From Botryllus schlosseri (taxonomy: Eukaryota): a DNA stretch of 64,000 nucleotides. Positions 13,089 through 25,242 of this stretch are shown here, piece after piece. The stretch covers positions 14,756,001 through 14,820,000 of the forward strand of contig CM119376.1 in the NCBI GenBank assembly GCA_051294905.1, read 5' to 3'. The notes beneath the pieces were generated by a model. It had not been told where the DNA came from. It saw nothing but the letters and a program-made list of their open reading frames with translations, and searched no databases. The position numbers were made by a program, and so were the translations under genes. The number at the start of each line of letters is the position of its first letter. Position 1 is the first letter of the stretch.

Positions 13089-13593
13089 TCGCGAGCAAGT
13101 TGACGAAACCTGCGGCATCACCGAAGGTCTGGAACAGCTTGAAATGACAGATACGGAATTGAAAGAGACAACAGTGGAAATGCTATTCGCCGGCTACCAA
13201 ACGACAGCCAGCGTGTCCACCTCCGCGATAATAAACTTGATAAAATTCCCTCACGTCTTCCGCAAGTTGGAAGAGGAAATGCGGCAGTTCGGGCTTCTGA
13301 AACCGACCACATCTCGTGACTCCCCGACCGGCACCGTCGACTCGGACGCAGCCGCCTTCCCAGACGAGGGCTTTGCGTATTCCGGAATTCGGCACCGGAA
13401 ATCTAACTCGGACACGCTGAACAATAACCAAAGTGTGGGGGACTCTAAAATTACTCGAGACAAAAACAAAGTGTTGACTCTGGAAACGCTGTCGAAAATG
13501 ACCTACCTCGAACAATTCTTCAAAGAGATTTTGCGCGTTATGCCACCGATTCTCGGCGGATATAGATTGGCTCTCAAAACCTTTAGACTTGGG
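13089..13593 (+). CDS. CYP26: CYP26 coding exon 6: I helix, J-K insertion, K helix ExxR
   Basis: EMLFAGYQTTAS (I helix), KEILRVMPPILGGYRLALKTFRLG; ttcag acceptor, GGG|GTAAGT donor; phase 2-0. Confidence 0.95.
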
Positions 13594-14217
13594 GTAAGTG
13601 GATCATTGTACATTTTTACATAAGCAGTAAGCTCGGTAACAAGTTTTGGAAAGAGTCATTGCAGGATATTGCCAATGTGACTCTGGAAGTGGTGTAGCCA
13701 GGGGGTGAAATGTTAGGTGTCGTTGCCCCTCAAATTTCGAACTTCTGCATTAACACGTCATCGACGTACAATTAGTCACAATGGATCTGAAGTCACGCCA
13801 TTGTTATAAGTAGGACCGGGTAAAATCGAGTATCTGAGCGATGCGATTCCGAATCGAGTAATGTTATCAAATATTATGACGTCATATACGTATATGAATG
13901 ATTTGGAAAGTAGAAATATGTACCTCTTATGCGACCACGAAGAAAATGATGCCAATTATATATCACATAAAAGATATTGTGGCATTTCTGTAATCGCACT
14001 TGTTTTATTGCGCTTTGTAAAATTGCTGCAAGTTGATCACGACTGTTGAGAAATTTCGTTTTCACTGAAGTGTTTCACTTTACGCTACATATTTTACATG
14101 CTATAATTTAATACGAACAATTGAGGTTTCAACGCTTTCACGGTGGGAAGAAAGTATCGAAACGATAATTCTCGCTGATAGTATAATTCTTAGTGACAAA
14201 GGATACACAATTTCATT

Positions 14218-14609
14218 TAGGGTTGCATTTAAAACAAAAATCAATTTAAAACAAACATGTTTAAAACATCTTTTTAAAGTCATGACGTCACGAACATTCA
14301 ATTGTTACGTCACGGTGGGTCGACATTGACAATTGAAAATATAGGGTAAATATAGCTTCTTTGACGAAATATCGGCAATATTGCTGTTGAACCGACTATT
14401 TTGAGGGTTCCAACCATCCCATATCGATATACGTCGGCTATATCGGGTGGTAATTGTTCGTGGGATCATCCAACATGTTTTTGGAAAGTATTTACATACT
14501 TATGGCATGATTTTACAACTTGAAAAAACACAATTTTTAGTAAAGGCCTTTGATTAAAACATTGTTTGAAACATGTTTTAAAACACCGTTTGTTTTGAAT
14601 GCAACACTT
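14218..14609. mobile_element. Decayed MITE with TIR TAGGGTTGCATTYAAAACAAA; related ends near 53500-53544 and 54238-54373
   Basis: Imperfect inverted ends and AAAACA subrepeats; no TSD recovered. Confidence 0.45.
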
Positions 14610-15793
14610 TAAGAAAATCATATCTCCTTGAAGGACTGGAATAATTTCAATACATACTTGATTTGAGTTCGGCTACTCGAATCGTTGTGCTCAGTCCCGG
14701 ATACATCTCGATGGCCCAAGAATAGTAAAAAATAATATAGCTCCTGGTGTATTATGACCATTGATGTCGAAACACCATGGTTACCAAAAATCAAGCAACA
14801 AACTTTTAATTGCATGCCGCTCGCAGAAAATCGGTGTCTTGCAAAAATACGACAGTGGACCATGCTACAAGTCTGCAGATCATGATTCATAATCTGCAAT
14901 ATCGGTCTGATTTCAAATGACCATAACTGTCGAACCATGTGAATACCAAAACAATAACATCATCATGCGGCTCGCTTTTCTAGCGACAGTTATACATGCG
15001 TCGGTCTCCTGACATTCGATCAGTACATAGCACGCAATTGCGTTTGTGATATATTGAACATATGCAATACGTAATGTGCCTGCGATTCAATAGTTACAGC
15101 CGCGTGTGCTTATTGATTGCGGTAGTAGACGAATCAGCCACACCTTCTAAATGCACTTTATCGTATGCAATGTCTACGTTTGCGCTGTTGCTATAACACA
15201 TCACATCGACGGATGATCGGAATCGCAACGCGAGTCTACAGTTGTCCAACTGAATGAATTACATTCTCGCGGGGTCACGAGAAGGCGAGCGTATTTTTAG
15301 CATCGCACGGCGCGTTACCTTGACGCTTAGATATCCATACACGCTGTAGTTATATCATCATTTAAGATAGGTTTCGAGGTCAATTGGCTTTCAGGCCATT
15401 TCAGATTATCATATCCGGGCGGTTTACCTTACGTTGAACGGTTGAACCGTAATCTAGATAAATTGGAGGCTCACGTTCGCGAGATTAAAAAGTAACTTGA
15501 TTCTTTCCAAAACGTGAACTTTTCCCACCGAACCGCGCACGGTAATTATCGCATAGATTATCTCCACACCGGGCCCGTTCAGTGATAGATCGCTATCTCT
15601 TAACTCTTGAACTTCTGAGGTGTTTCGGAAATTTATTTTTCAATACACCCACAACATGTAATCACGATATGTGCTTCTAAAAAACCTTTTTGGTGAAGGT
15701 GCTTCCCGGTTCGGCTGAAACACCGGAAACCATCAATCCTTTCGGAGCATAATGAGGAATAAAATCTAATCTCATTTCTTGTTGTTTCAAAAG

Positions 15794-15933
15794 GAATATC
15801 GCGTGCCGAAAGGTTGGACTATAATTTACAATATCCGCGATACGCATGAAGCGGAGTGGGAACAAGAAACGGAATTCAATCCGGATATATTCGCTCCTTG
15901 CAACTGGAAAGACAACAAAGAGTCACGATACAG
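15794..15933 (+). CDS. CYP26: CYP26 coding exon 7
   Basis: EYRVPKGWTIIYNIRDTHE...FNPDIF; matches CYP26 GYQIPKGW.V.YSIRDTH; phase 0-2. Confidence 0.93.
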
Positions 15934-16526
15934 GTTGGTCTACATAATCTGGGGGCTGTCATTGCCAAATACTTATTTTACCCTTGCGTTGTTCAACTGT
16001 GTAAGCGACAAAGATACATTTCGTCTTGCGCATGAAATACAATTGACCTTCCATGACCCACTTATAGCTTGGAGAAACATTCAAAGGCATGACATCTAAA
16101 TACGACACGCATAATTAGACATACCATGTACGCCTCAAAGAGGTCAACACGTCCAGAAATATAGACCATCATTATACTATTCTTTATTCGCAGTAAAACT
16201 GGTAAATACACACATAATCCGTGGAGCAACCTGCCCCTAAAGGAAAATGGCGAGATTGGAGTAAACTTTTAAAATTTCAGTAATACAGTCAAATTGTTAT
16301 TCCTATGCAATACATGGTAGTAAGGTAAAAAGTAGAAATGTAGATAAAATCGTGACTTTAGGCCTAAAAAATCACAAATTAGCAAACGAATGTTCTTCTG
16401 CTCTCTTGGCAAGAGAGAAATGTGATCCGATTTAGACGATATTTGATAGTTATTGACCTGGACTGTAAGCGCAGAAATCTTGGAATAACCCCTAAAATAT
16501 TACAAACTTTCTTTCAAATTTCTTAG

Positions 16527-16752
16527 ATGGATTCCGTTCGGTGGAGGGTCAAGAACGTGCGTCGGAAAGGAATTCGCGCGCCTTCAATTCAAAATTTTCA
16601 TGATTGAACTCATCCGACATTTTGGTCGCCTAGAATTCGCTAAAGGAAAGCCGCCGAGTATGTTCGCGGTGCCCTTTCTCCATCCCACCGATGGCCTACC
16701 TGTAAAATTAAACAGACGGGAAGACAAGAAGCCACATGACGACGTGAAGTGA
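16527..16752 (+). CDS. CYP26: CYP26 coding exon 8: heme-binding motif and stop (not in supplied ORF track)
   Basis: WIPFGGGSRTCVGKEFARL (FxxGxRxCxG), HPTDGLPVKL, TGA at 16750-16752; exon total 1728 nt = 575 aa plus stop. Confidence 0.95.
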
Positions 16753-17295
16753 TATTGGCAAAGTGCTTGGATTCAATTAAAAATTGCTACAAAATTACCA
16801 CACCATAATTTATTCACCATCCTATTATATATTGCTCGAATATATGGGCTGCTATTTCTCCCTTTATCATATGTCGCAAGCCAAAGAAATCCCAAACCTG
16901 TATGCTATGAATACATCGGATTAGTATGAAAGGAAGGATAACCAAGCGGATTACAGAGGAAGTCACACCAGAATTGAACTCATAAACTATGAGCATGGCG
17001 GTTCGGATCTCCAGAAGGATGAAGACCGATAAAGATGATGAATAATTTTGCGTACCAACTTCGACTTCAGTCTGACTATAATACATATGTATTCGGAATC
17101 ATATAGCTGACTGAAGGGTTTGCAATTATTCTGCTTTTGCGTAGCAGTTTACTCGTGTAACACACTTTACTCGTTGCAAATATATTACACTGTGTTTATC
17201 ACGATATGTAAAATACCGTGACGAGTCAGTCGATAAGGTGTGGTTTTGGTATTCGGCGCAGAAATTTGTGGCGGAATCTAATCGTGTTTAAACTA

Positions 17296-17630
17296 TAGGG
17301 TCAACATATTTGAAATCTGGAAAGGCGGGCACTCTTATGGAATGATACAAGTTAGTTTACCGAAATTGAAAACAGCTGATTTTGAAATATATAATTGAAA
17401 TCTTGTTGTGCTGACTAAAAAAGGTCATCAATCGGATTCGACTCCCTTATTACCCACTTTTTAACGATACTTCTTTGGTGTTGGCTAAAGAAAGAGGTCA
17501 TCACTAGGACTCGACTTACGAATGACCCTCTCGCACTCGCATCACGTATTTCGCGTCAAAGGGTCCTCGGAGGACATTTTCAATTTTCTGAAAGTGAAGG
17601 ACAAATGTACATGTAGTAAGGGTAACCCTA
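17296..17630. mobile_element. hAT MITE family B, decayed
   Basis: TAGGGTCAACATA / GGTAACCCTA ends, internal similarity to other B copies; no TSD. Confidence 0.65.
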
Positions 17631-18124
17631 ATTTAATGCGTTCTTGTATGTGCTAACCACTGAGTCGTCGAGTTTCAAGCGTGTAATACAAAGTACAAAG
17701 GCCAGCGAAGGGAAATGTGTCTTAGGTACTCATACACACGCACAGAGAAAGAGAGAGAGTCTTAAAATTTGAATTTTTTATTTTTTGTAATAAATTCAAA
17801 AACTTCAATTGGCTCTGCGTCGGCTTCTGTTGGTTTGAATTAAGCCAAATCTGACGTGCAGCGTTTTATTAGGCAACTCAACAATTTATTCAGTGAATCC
17901 CAGAAAGAAAAAAATATAATTTTGAACTGCCCTTACCTACACACATTGGCCAGTTAAACGCAGTTCAGATAGATATTCTGACCGTTGCAAGACCGGGTAT
18001 CAGTCACAATCTAGCGACGGTCTATGGATGGCGCGGCGCAACAATGACATTTTAAATCGTTGACCAATTCAGATTATTGCCGTTGTTTAAACTTGGAAGC
18101 CCCCCAGTTTGAGAATAAGTTCGG

Positions 18125-18345
18125 TCTATAGTTGGCGTTAGAGAGGAGCTGAGTATCATCAGGCGACAGTGTAGTACTAAATGAGGAGGTATCAGAAATG
18201 TGGTTGACATATAAAATGAAGAGAACCGGCCCAAACACGTAGCCTCCGGGTACACCACAAGTAACCAAATGAGGAGAGGGCAAGCTGTTGGGGATTGAAA
18301 CCATTTGTTGGCGTCCAGTGAAGTAGCTTTTCATGACTTCAAGTT
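18125..18345 (-). mobile_element. CR1/L2-type LINE reverse transcriptase fragment, degenerate
   Basis: KSYFTGRQQMV...VTCGVPGGYVFGPVLFILYVNHI...LSPDDTQL resembles SYL..R.Q.V...GVPQGSVLGP.LF..YVND...FADDT. Confidence 0.75.
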
Positions 18346-18655
18346 GTAGACCAGGGGTGGGCCACCTGCGGCCGTAGAAGGTAATTTGTGCGGCCGTGAA
18401 ACGTAATTTAATTAGTATGTGTGGGCGGCCGTCGACAGGCAAATTGAATGTTTGATTAATTGAATATTAAATAATCTCGAAATTTTCTTCGCGCTGTGCG
18501 CGATTCTATGCTATCCTTCATAGTAGCGCCCTTTTCAATCTGAGCTCCACATTACAGACGGGAACAGCAGATAAAAAGGATATGCCCCATGTAAAAATAC
18601 TAACTTAGAATAGTGTAGTTCTCACGAAATAAATTTGCTTCTGGTACGTTTAGGC

Positions 18656-19597
18656 CAGTGGTTCCCAACCTTTTTTCACCCACGCACCATTTCGAGGTTT
18701 TATGCAGTGCTCGCGTACCACCTACATAAGTTACGCGCGCTAAAGGCGGTCAAAAATGTTTCCGTTATTTATGACGTCATAATGACGTATTTGACCTATA
18801 CAAGGCATAATAGCGAATACTAATAAACTATAGGCATTATCAGCCAGAGTCGATGAGATTCATGGAATCGTTTTCACCACCAGTCACAAGAAGAACAACA
18901 TAATGAAATAACAGCAAACAACAAACGTCAATTTATAGAATGCGATGGCTGCATTTGTTTATTTTCCACTAGCTCAGCGGTTCTAAAACTTTTCTAGACC
19001 CCCCTGTTTATGATAGTGAAAAATTGCGCGCCCACCCTTATCGTCATATCACAAAATGCATCCAGAATGCTAGCAATCCCAGCAAATAATTTGACGGCAT
19101 GGACTGTTATGACAGTTGATAAGAGAATTCTCAATTATGCAATTAGGACTAGACACAGAGCCAAAGAATGAAATGAAGGTAAAAATTTTTTTCAGTTGGC
19201 CGCAGCTTCGCGCCTCCTTCAGATGCTTTCACACCCCCAGTTTGAGAACCACTGCACTAGCTGGTCGATGCGTGGCATCTGTTTGCTCACAGCGCACCGA
19301 AAGTCATACATGGGCGCAACAAGTCGGTTTCGTTTCTTCGACTTGAGTCATCAGAGATGAAAATCCTTGCTCCCACGTAGAAGGGAAAATTAGCAGCTAG
19401 GGAATAGCATGAGAAGCGAGAGTCGAGTACGAGGAGGCCATGCTAAGCCTGAAGTTTATTGGAGAACAATCTTTGTGTTCAACCTCACCGGATCTAATAA
19501 ACTCCCGTCGGTCGAAAAAAACAGAATATCTCGCGTACCACCTGGCAGACCTTCGCGTACCACTAGTGGTACGCGTACCACAGGTTGGGAACCACTG
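18656..19597. mobile_element. hAT Charlie/Buster-type non-autonomous element
   Basis: CAGTGGTTCCCAACC / GGTTGGGAACCACTG perfect TIR; perfect TSD GTTTAGGC. Confidence 0.92.
18975..19254. mobile_element. 280-bp Charlie-type MITE nested in 18656-19597
   Basis: CAGCGGTTCTAAAAC / GTTTGAGAACCACTG; perfect TSD CACTAGCT; same family as 52800-53109. Confidence 0.9.
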
Positions 19598-19800
19598 GTT
19601 TAGGCCAAGGGCGTAGCCAGAAAAAAAATTGGGGGGGGCGAAATTTTGGATGAGTCAAAGGGAGATACAGAGCGTTTGTTTCAAGATACCGCCAGCCGCC
19701 ACCTGATGTAGAAGCCTCCTACTTTCCCACGAATTTGTGTCGGTTCACTAAAATTAAGATGAACGTCACATCTGCATACTTTATCGCGGCGTGTCTGGTG

Positions 19801-22342
19801 CAGACATTGGGTAATCGTGATTAGTAATCGTAATCGATTACGACGATTACAGCATTTTCAAGTAATCGTAATCGCAATCGATTACATTCGAAAAATATCC
19901 GAAGTAATCGTAATCGTAATCGACTACTTCCCATATCTAATCGATTTCTCTGTGAAAGAACGATTACTTTTTATTTGTACAAGGACTATGACATAAACTG
20001 AACATTCGTGAACAAGGAAAAGATGTTATACCAGGTTCGTGACAGCACAAACGTCTGATTTTCAAACGCCACTGCTCATTATTACGTCAGAAACAGCCTT
20101 TTAGCTTTGTGCGTCATTGTGTAAGAAGTGTCCACAGTAAATAGCTATTCGGTGTACCTACGTCGTCCATTAGACTGATCGTAAGAACACCCGCCGTGCT
20201 GTATATCAGGTTATCAACGCGTACCACACGCCACTACCTCGCAGCAGTATTATTTATCTCCGCTCTGCCTATAGATTAAAATAGTACCTTATGTGTTGAT
20301 GTTTGGTTATGCTTATGCTTAGTTAAACGCAGTTTGACCGTTGCTGCTTGGCGAGCAGTAGGCCTATCCAGTCCGTACGTAGCCTACACCGGACAAAGAT
20401 TTGAAATTTTCTACTCGTCAAATAAAACATTGCGGTTTCCACGAAGCAGTAAAACTCAACAGCTGGTGATATATATATCATAAGCGAGCCGTTTTGCCAT
20501 TTCTCGTAACGGCAGCTTGCAGGACAGAATCTGTATTAAGTTGAAGACATAATTTTACGTTCGCTTCGTCTTATTCTCATATGACTCTACTTCAAACGGG
20601 CGCCTATCGTTATTTCATAATTATTTATTCAACATTGGGACCTGCCGCCAAGGCCATGGGCTTATATATCATGTTAGCGTGGGTTGTAGCTGGAACCAGG
20701 ACCAAAACAGCAATTCGTCTCCCAGTCCAAACGTTGGTCTTTGGCCCCCGTAGGGTGGTAATCTCAAGTTGAAGACTGAAGTTCGTCAAGAAATTTAGTA
20801 ATTGCAATATTTTACTATTAATTTTTAATCCTCTCTCAGCCCGCTATGGTTAGATATACCTGTAGAGTTTATTTGTTTGAGGTAATCATGGTGTTTGTCG
20901 ACTACCACATACATTTACACCTGGGCGATTATATGCATTTTCGATTCCGTATCTGCCGACTTGTAGCACGGCCCACTTCTAAGCTTTTTCTAAGACATCG
21001 CTTACGGGGATGAGGCGGCGAGGAGGAGCCTAGATAAACCTCCAACACTTAAATAGGAATTCCGAAGTCGACCTCGTTCAGACTCGAACCCGCAACCCAT
21101 TGGTGTTGCAGCCGTGGATTATACCACTGCGCTATCTCGCCACACGATTACCTACCTGTAGAGCTGGGGCAACATAATTCATAATTATGACCTCTGGTTT
21201 TTTGTTATAATTACTTTTGTGTGTGTTCTTAATTCGTGACCTCCGGTTTGTTATATAATGAAATGATATTGTAGTGGCTCAAACGTAGTAGACTAAAAGA
21301 AAAACTTTCTTGACACGCATAAACAAATTGTCATGTCTTTATATCTGACTGCATGTCTAGCAACTCAAGTTGTAAATTACTATAGGGTCAGTGGCCACAT
21401 TAACTACAATAGGACTTGAAAACATTTTCATCATGGTTAAAAAGCATTCATTCAATGCGGCCGTTGAACTTAACAATCAAGTCAAATAATCAATTGGTTT
21501 GCTGGTCAGATAGCGTTGTAAAACGTGTTGTAACACCACCTGCACTTAATTAAGTCTGGTGATGAGCAGACTTAAATTTGAGTGCCGATCCAGACGCATT
21601 TGAGTGTGAGCATACTTTTTGACATGAGTAACGAAATCGTTGCTGAGTAGAGAATCGCTACTCGACACCAAAGGAATTGGTCTTCGCCCTAAATTATAAA
21701 CTCCAGACTCCAAGCAAAGCAAGTGAAATTTTTGAATATCACTTTTTTTTGTTATAGATTGATTTTTTATTATTTTTGTTGGATTTTCCAACGTCAAGGG
21801 GAGCCGCAAGTTGGCTAGCTGAGAGCCACATGCAGCTCTCGGATCCGCGGTTGGCAATCATTGATCTAGAGAGGATTTTCAAGTTAATTAGATCTCTCGA
21901 AAAGACTCTATAACCTATGTTGGTTTACGAAATACTTTTTGAGTCCCCTTCGAGCTCGCTCTTCACCCTATTGGGAAATTTGGGGTGCGGCAGTTATGGC
22001 CCTGACAAGAATGCAAATCGTTGGGCGCGATAAATTGACCTCTATGAAAATGGGCAATGTATATATTATGACGTAACAAACAAATAACGCATCTTTTTTA
22101 ACGGGAGTTTGTTATCTCATTAGGCCTTTTCAGCGCAATCCATATATTGTCTGCCAACATAACTTCTAAGATGCAAAATAAATGTAATCGTGAGTAATCG
22201 TGATTACATTTCCAATGTAATCGTAATCGTAATCGACTACTTCCCGATTTTGCTGTAATCGTAATCGTAATCGTAATCGCGTCATTCAGAAGTAATCGTA
22301 ATCGCAATCGATTACATTCATGAAGTAATCACCCCATGTCTG
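19801..22342. mobile_element. Non-autonomous hAT family D (TIR CAGACATKGGGT) with (GTAATC)n subterminal arrays
   Basis: Perfect TSD GTCTGGTG (19793-19800, 22343-22350); GTAATC/GATTAC arrays at 19810-19960 and 22190-22330. Confidence 0.9.
20868..21152 (-). mobile_element. tRNA-derived SINE inserted in family D element
   Basis: Minus strand GGCGAGATAGCGCAGTGG (A box) and GGTTCGAGTC (B box); A-rich tail AAACAAATAAA; 11-bp TSD TACCTGTAGAG (20857-20867, 21153-21163). Confidence 0.82.
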
Positions 22343-22794
22343 GTCTGGTGTATCGTTGTAACAAAGATTAAAGATATCGCTCTCTAGAGTATTACGCCAT
22401 CGAAACAGCTATCCGCAAGAGGTATCATCGGGCTATGGGCATTTTCGCAATATTTAGTTTTCTTTGGTAAGTTTGTTTTTATGACTCCGGGTGAACTCTC
22501 TTTGCGGTCTCAAAAATGTTGCTACTTGAAAAGATAGTGATCTTTCTTCTCAGCAAAACATCAGTGATTGCTTTAGTGTTATTCGTCTCATAATAATCTG
22601 GTAACTTCTGACCTGATGCCGGCCAATCACGGCTGAGTGGACACGACTTTCAATAGGCTAGTGATAACACAGTGTCTATACCCAATATCCGCAACCATTG
22701 GCTAGCTTTCTTGCAACAACATGGTCATTGAAAACAAATCATAAAACAGATGTGAGCAAAATTTGAATGTATTGCCAAAAATTATGAATCAATT

Positions 22795-25029
22795 CTATTT
22801 CAACTCTATTCGTCGCCTCGCGCCTGCCATATTCGTAACAACTCGATCGATCTTGTCCTCGTTCATCCTTTTGCGATGGCAATGAATGACACATAAATCT
22901 GAGAGGCGATCGAAAGTCATTGTTGAGCGTAGCCAGGTCTTGACCCGCTTCATGGAGGAGAATGACCTTTCAGCCCCCACCGTTGTTGCTGGCAAGGCCA
23001 GGATGACCTGGATCGCACTGTGCACGCTTGGATAATCCTTAGCACTCAGAAGAAGGTCAAGTAAACTTTCCTGGTTAACTTGGGAATTCAAAGACGATCT
23101 CCAGAGAATTACTTCGTTGCCAAGGTTATCCAAAGAATACAAACGCTCAATCTCATCTAACTTGGCTGGCTTGTTTGGTGGAAGGATGGATAGCAACGCA
23201 AGTAATGAGGAGTTGTCCCTGAAACGTTCCCGGAGAGAGTTACTCAATCCGTCGATGTACGGGACATATACCGAACGCCGGAAATATTCCAAAGCCGATT
23301 CAGCACAGACGTTAGCACGGTAAACTTGTACCTCAACTATTCTAGTCATTCTCAGCTCTTCTACTCCGAGTACTTCACAGGTTTCTTTGTATATCTGCAC
23401 TCTGCAGCGAAACTTCCGGGTCGTTGCGGTCGCGGTCAAGAATGCTCTGTAGAGAATTAAACAAGCTCTTCACGCATGGCATGCTGATACCAACAGTCTG
23501 GAGCTTGCGTGCTAGTGGTTCTATAAGAGCCGAAAATCTTCCAATCAAGCAAACAGCATAAGCGACCTCAGATTTTTCTAAAGCAGTTTTCAAAGAGAAT
23601 GCCTTTCCCCTAGTCTCACTGCTTGTTTCCGTCGACAAAGAACCAAGAGCATCTAGTACACGCAGAAAATTAGACTTGAAGGTGCGGATGCTCTTATATT
23701 TCTCGGACCTCCTGGTTGGGCAGAATAACGGTATGTTAATCCCCAAAATGCTGCGCCTTTTGGGACTATCTCTGAATAAACGGATAGTTTCCCTGATGAT
23801 GTCACAGGTGTTTCTGATTACAGGAACTTTACTTTGGTCGTTAATGACCAAGTTCAAACAATGAGAGGCACAGTGTGCAAAGATTGCTCGAGGGTACTTA
23901 CCATGAATGCGTTTTTGTACACCACTCACGTGACCTGCCATCGTCGATGCCCCATCGTATCCCTGCCCGACCAATCCATCCCAATTGTAGAGGGATGAGA
24001 TAAAATACTTTCAGAAATTGCTTCTGCGGAAACGGAATCCATTTCAACAAATCCCGTGAAACTTTCGTGTACTTTATCACCTTTCACATACCTCAAAACA
24101 ATGCTGAGCTGTTCTTTTCCGGCAATATCGCAAGACTCGTCGGCTATTACAGACACGAACGATTCGTTAGCCTCAGCGACGATCTCTTCAACAACCACAT
24201 TGCCGGCAATCCTGAGCATCCCATTTTGTATGGTAGGGCTAGTGTACTTGGCATTCCCGGACATTCGATCAAAATGTTTTATCAAATATTCGTCCCCAGC
24301 GGACATGCGAAACTGAAGGAGCTTCATAAAATTTCCTTCGTGTTGGGAATGCCCACGGAAAGCGATGTTATTTGAGGCACAGAACATCACCGGCTTAACT
24401 ATCGAACTCATTATATTTCTATTTTCTCTCACTTGCACGCCATGTGCAGTGTTCAAGCTTGTGCACACATTTTGATCATTTTCCATACTTTCGAGAAAAA
24501 TTTTTGCAGCCGCAGTTGCTTCTTTATGGTAAGAAGTCTCTCGAGGACCCGTAGCCTTTTCAATAAATTTCTTGAAATCGATGCATGGCTTTTTGACAAA
24601 AGCAGCATTTTTGAGGTTACCATGCTTCAGACGTGCTTGCATTACAATGCAAATCTTGCACAAACCTCCTCCATCTGAGAGCTGGGTATAGACCAACCAT
24701 CTGGAATATCTATCATCATCGAGCCACACTTTAAGAAACTTGCGGCGATCTTGCCTCGTAGTATCAAGAAGTGGCACGTTTCTCAAAGCATCCGAAGTCA
24801 GAAGTCTATATCTCTCAGCATCGCCAAGCTGCGAATGGTGGTCAAGAATATATCCAATATCGTTTGTTTTTCCCACCTCATATGATTTTTGGGGCTCTGG
24901 TATATCGGCAATTACATCTGACGCTTCTACTAGCGAAGGAACACAACTCACTATTCCTTCTGTTGGCTGCCCATCTCGACTCCTCGCAGGGAAAAAGCTG
25001 TCCAGTCTTGCTTGTTTCGATTTTGACAT
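22795..25029 (-). pseudogene. hAT transposase (Tip100 / ZMYM1-P52rIPK-like), intronless, two frameshifts
   Basis: Three overlapping ORFs give a Zn-finger-like N-terminus, a DUF4371-like region (FRGH, YTSPTIQN), catalytic ADES, GQGYDG, HCASHCLNL and C-terminal AERSFSSMKRVKTWLRSTM; shifts near 23970 and 23410; TRW reads TRR. Confidence 0.92.
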
Positions 25030-25242
25030 TGAAACGTAATGCGGAATCCAAATCAATTACAATCCTTAAGGCCTCTCTACACGGCACCGAATGCTTCACA
25101 CCTCCTGTCTACACCGCAAGCAATTTGCTTCGTGATCTTTAGTAAACAAAATATCTCACCACAACAAACCCACAATTTAAACTACCCATCAGATAAATAT
25201 ACTATACTATGTGATACCCATCCACTTCAATATAACCTATAG

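Noticed and set aside
13177-13212. I-helix AGYQTT lacks the usual acidic residue before Thr
   Set aside because: CYP26 members are known to vary here (GGHETT, AAYATT), so it is not unusual for the family.
13118-13515. Minus-strand ORFs overlapping CYP26 exon 6
   Set aside because: Antisense shadows of a GC-rich exon.
21060-21141. Possible tRNA gene on the minus strand
   Set aside because: Acceptor stem does not close; it continues into ~200 bp of non-tRNA body, an A-rich tail and an 11-bp TSD, so it is a SINE head.
23117-25142. Several plus-strand ORFs of 62-123 aa
   Set aside because: Antisense shadows of the transposase reading frame with no recognisable motifs.
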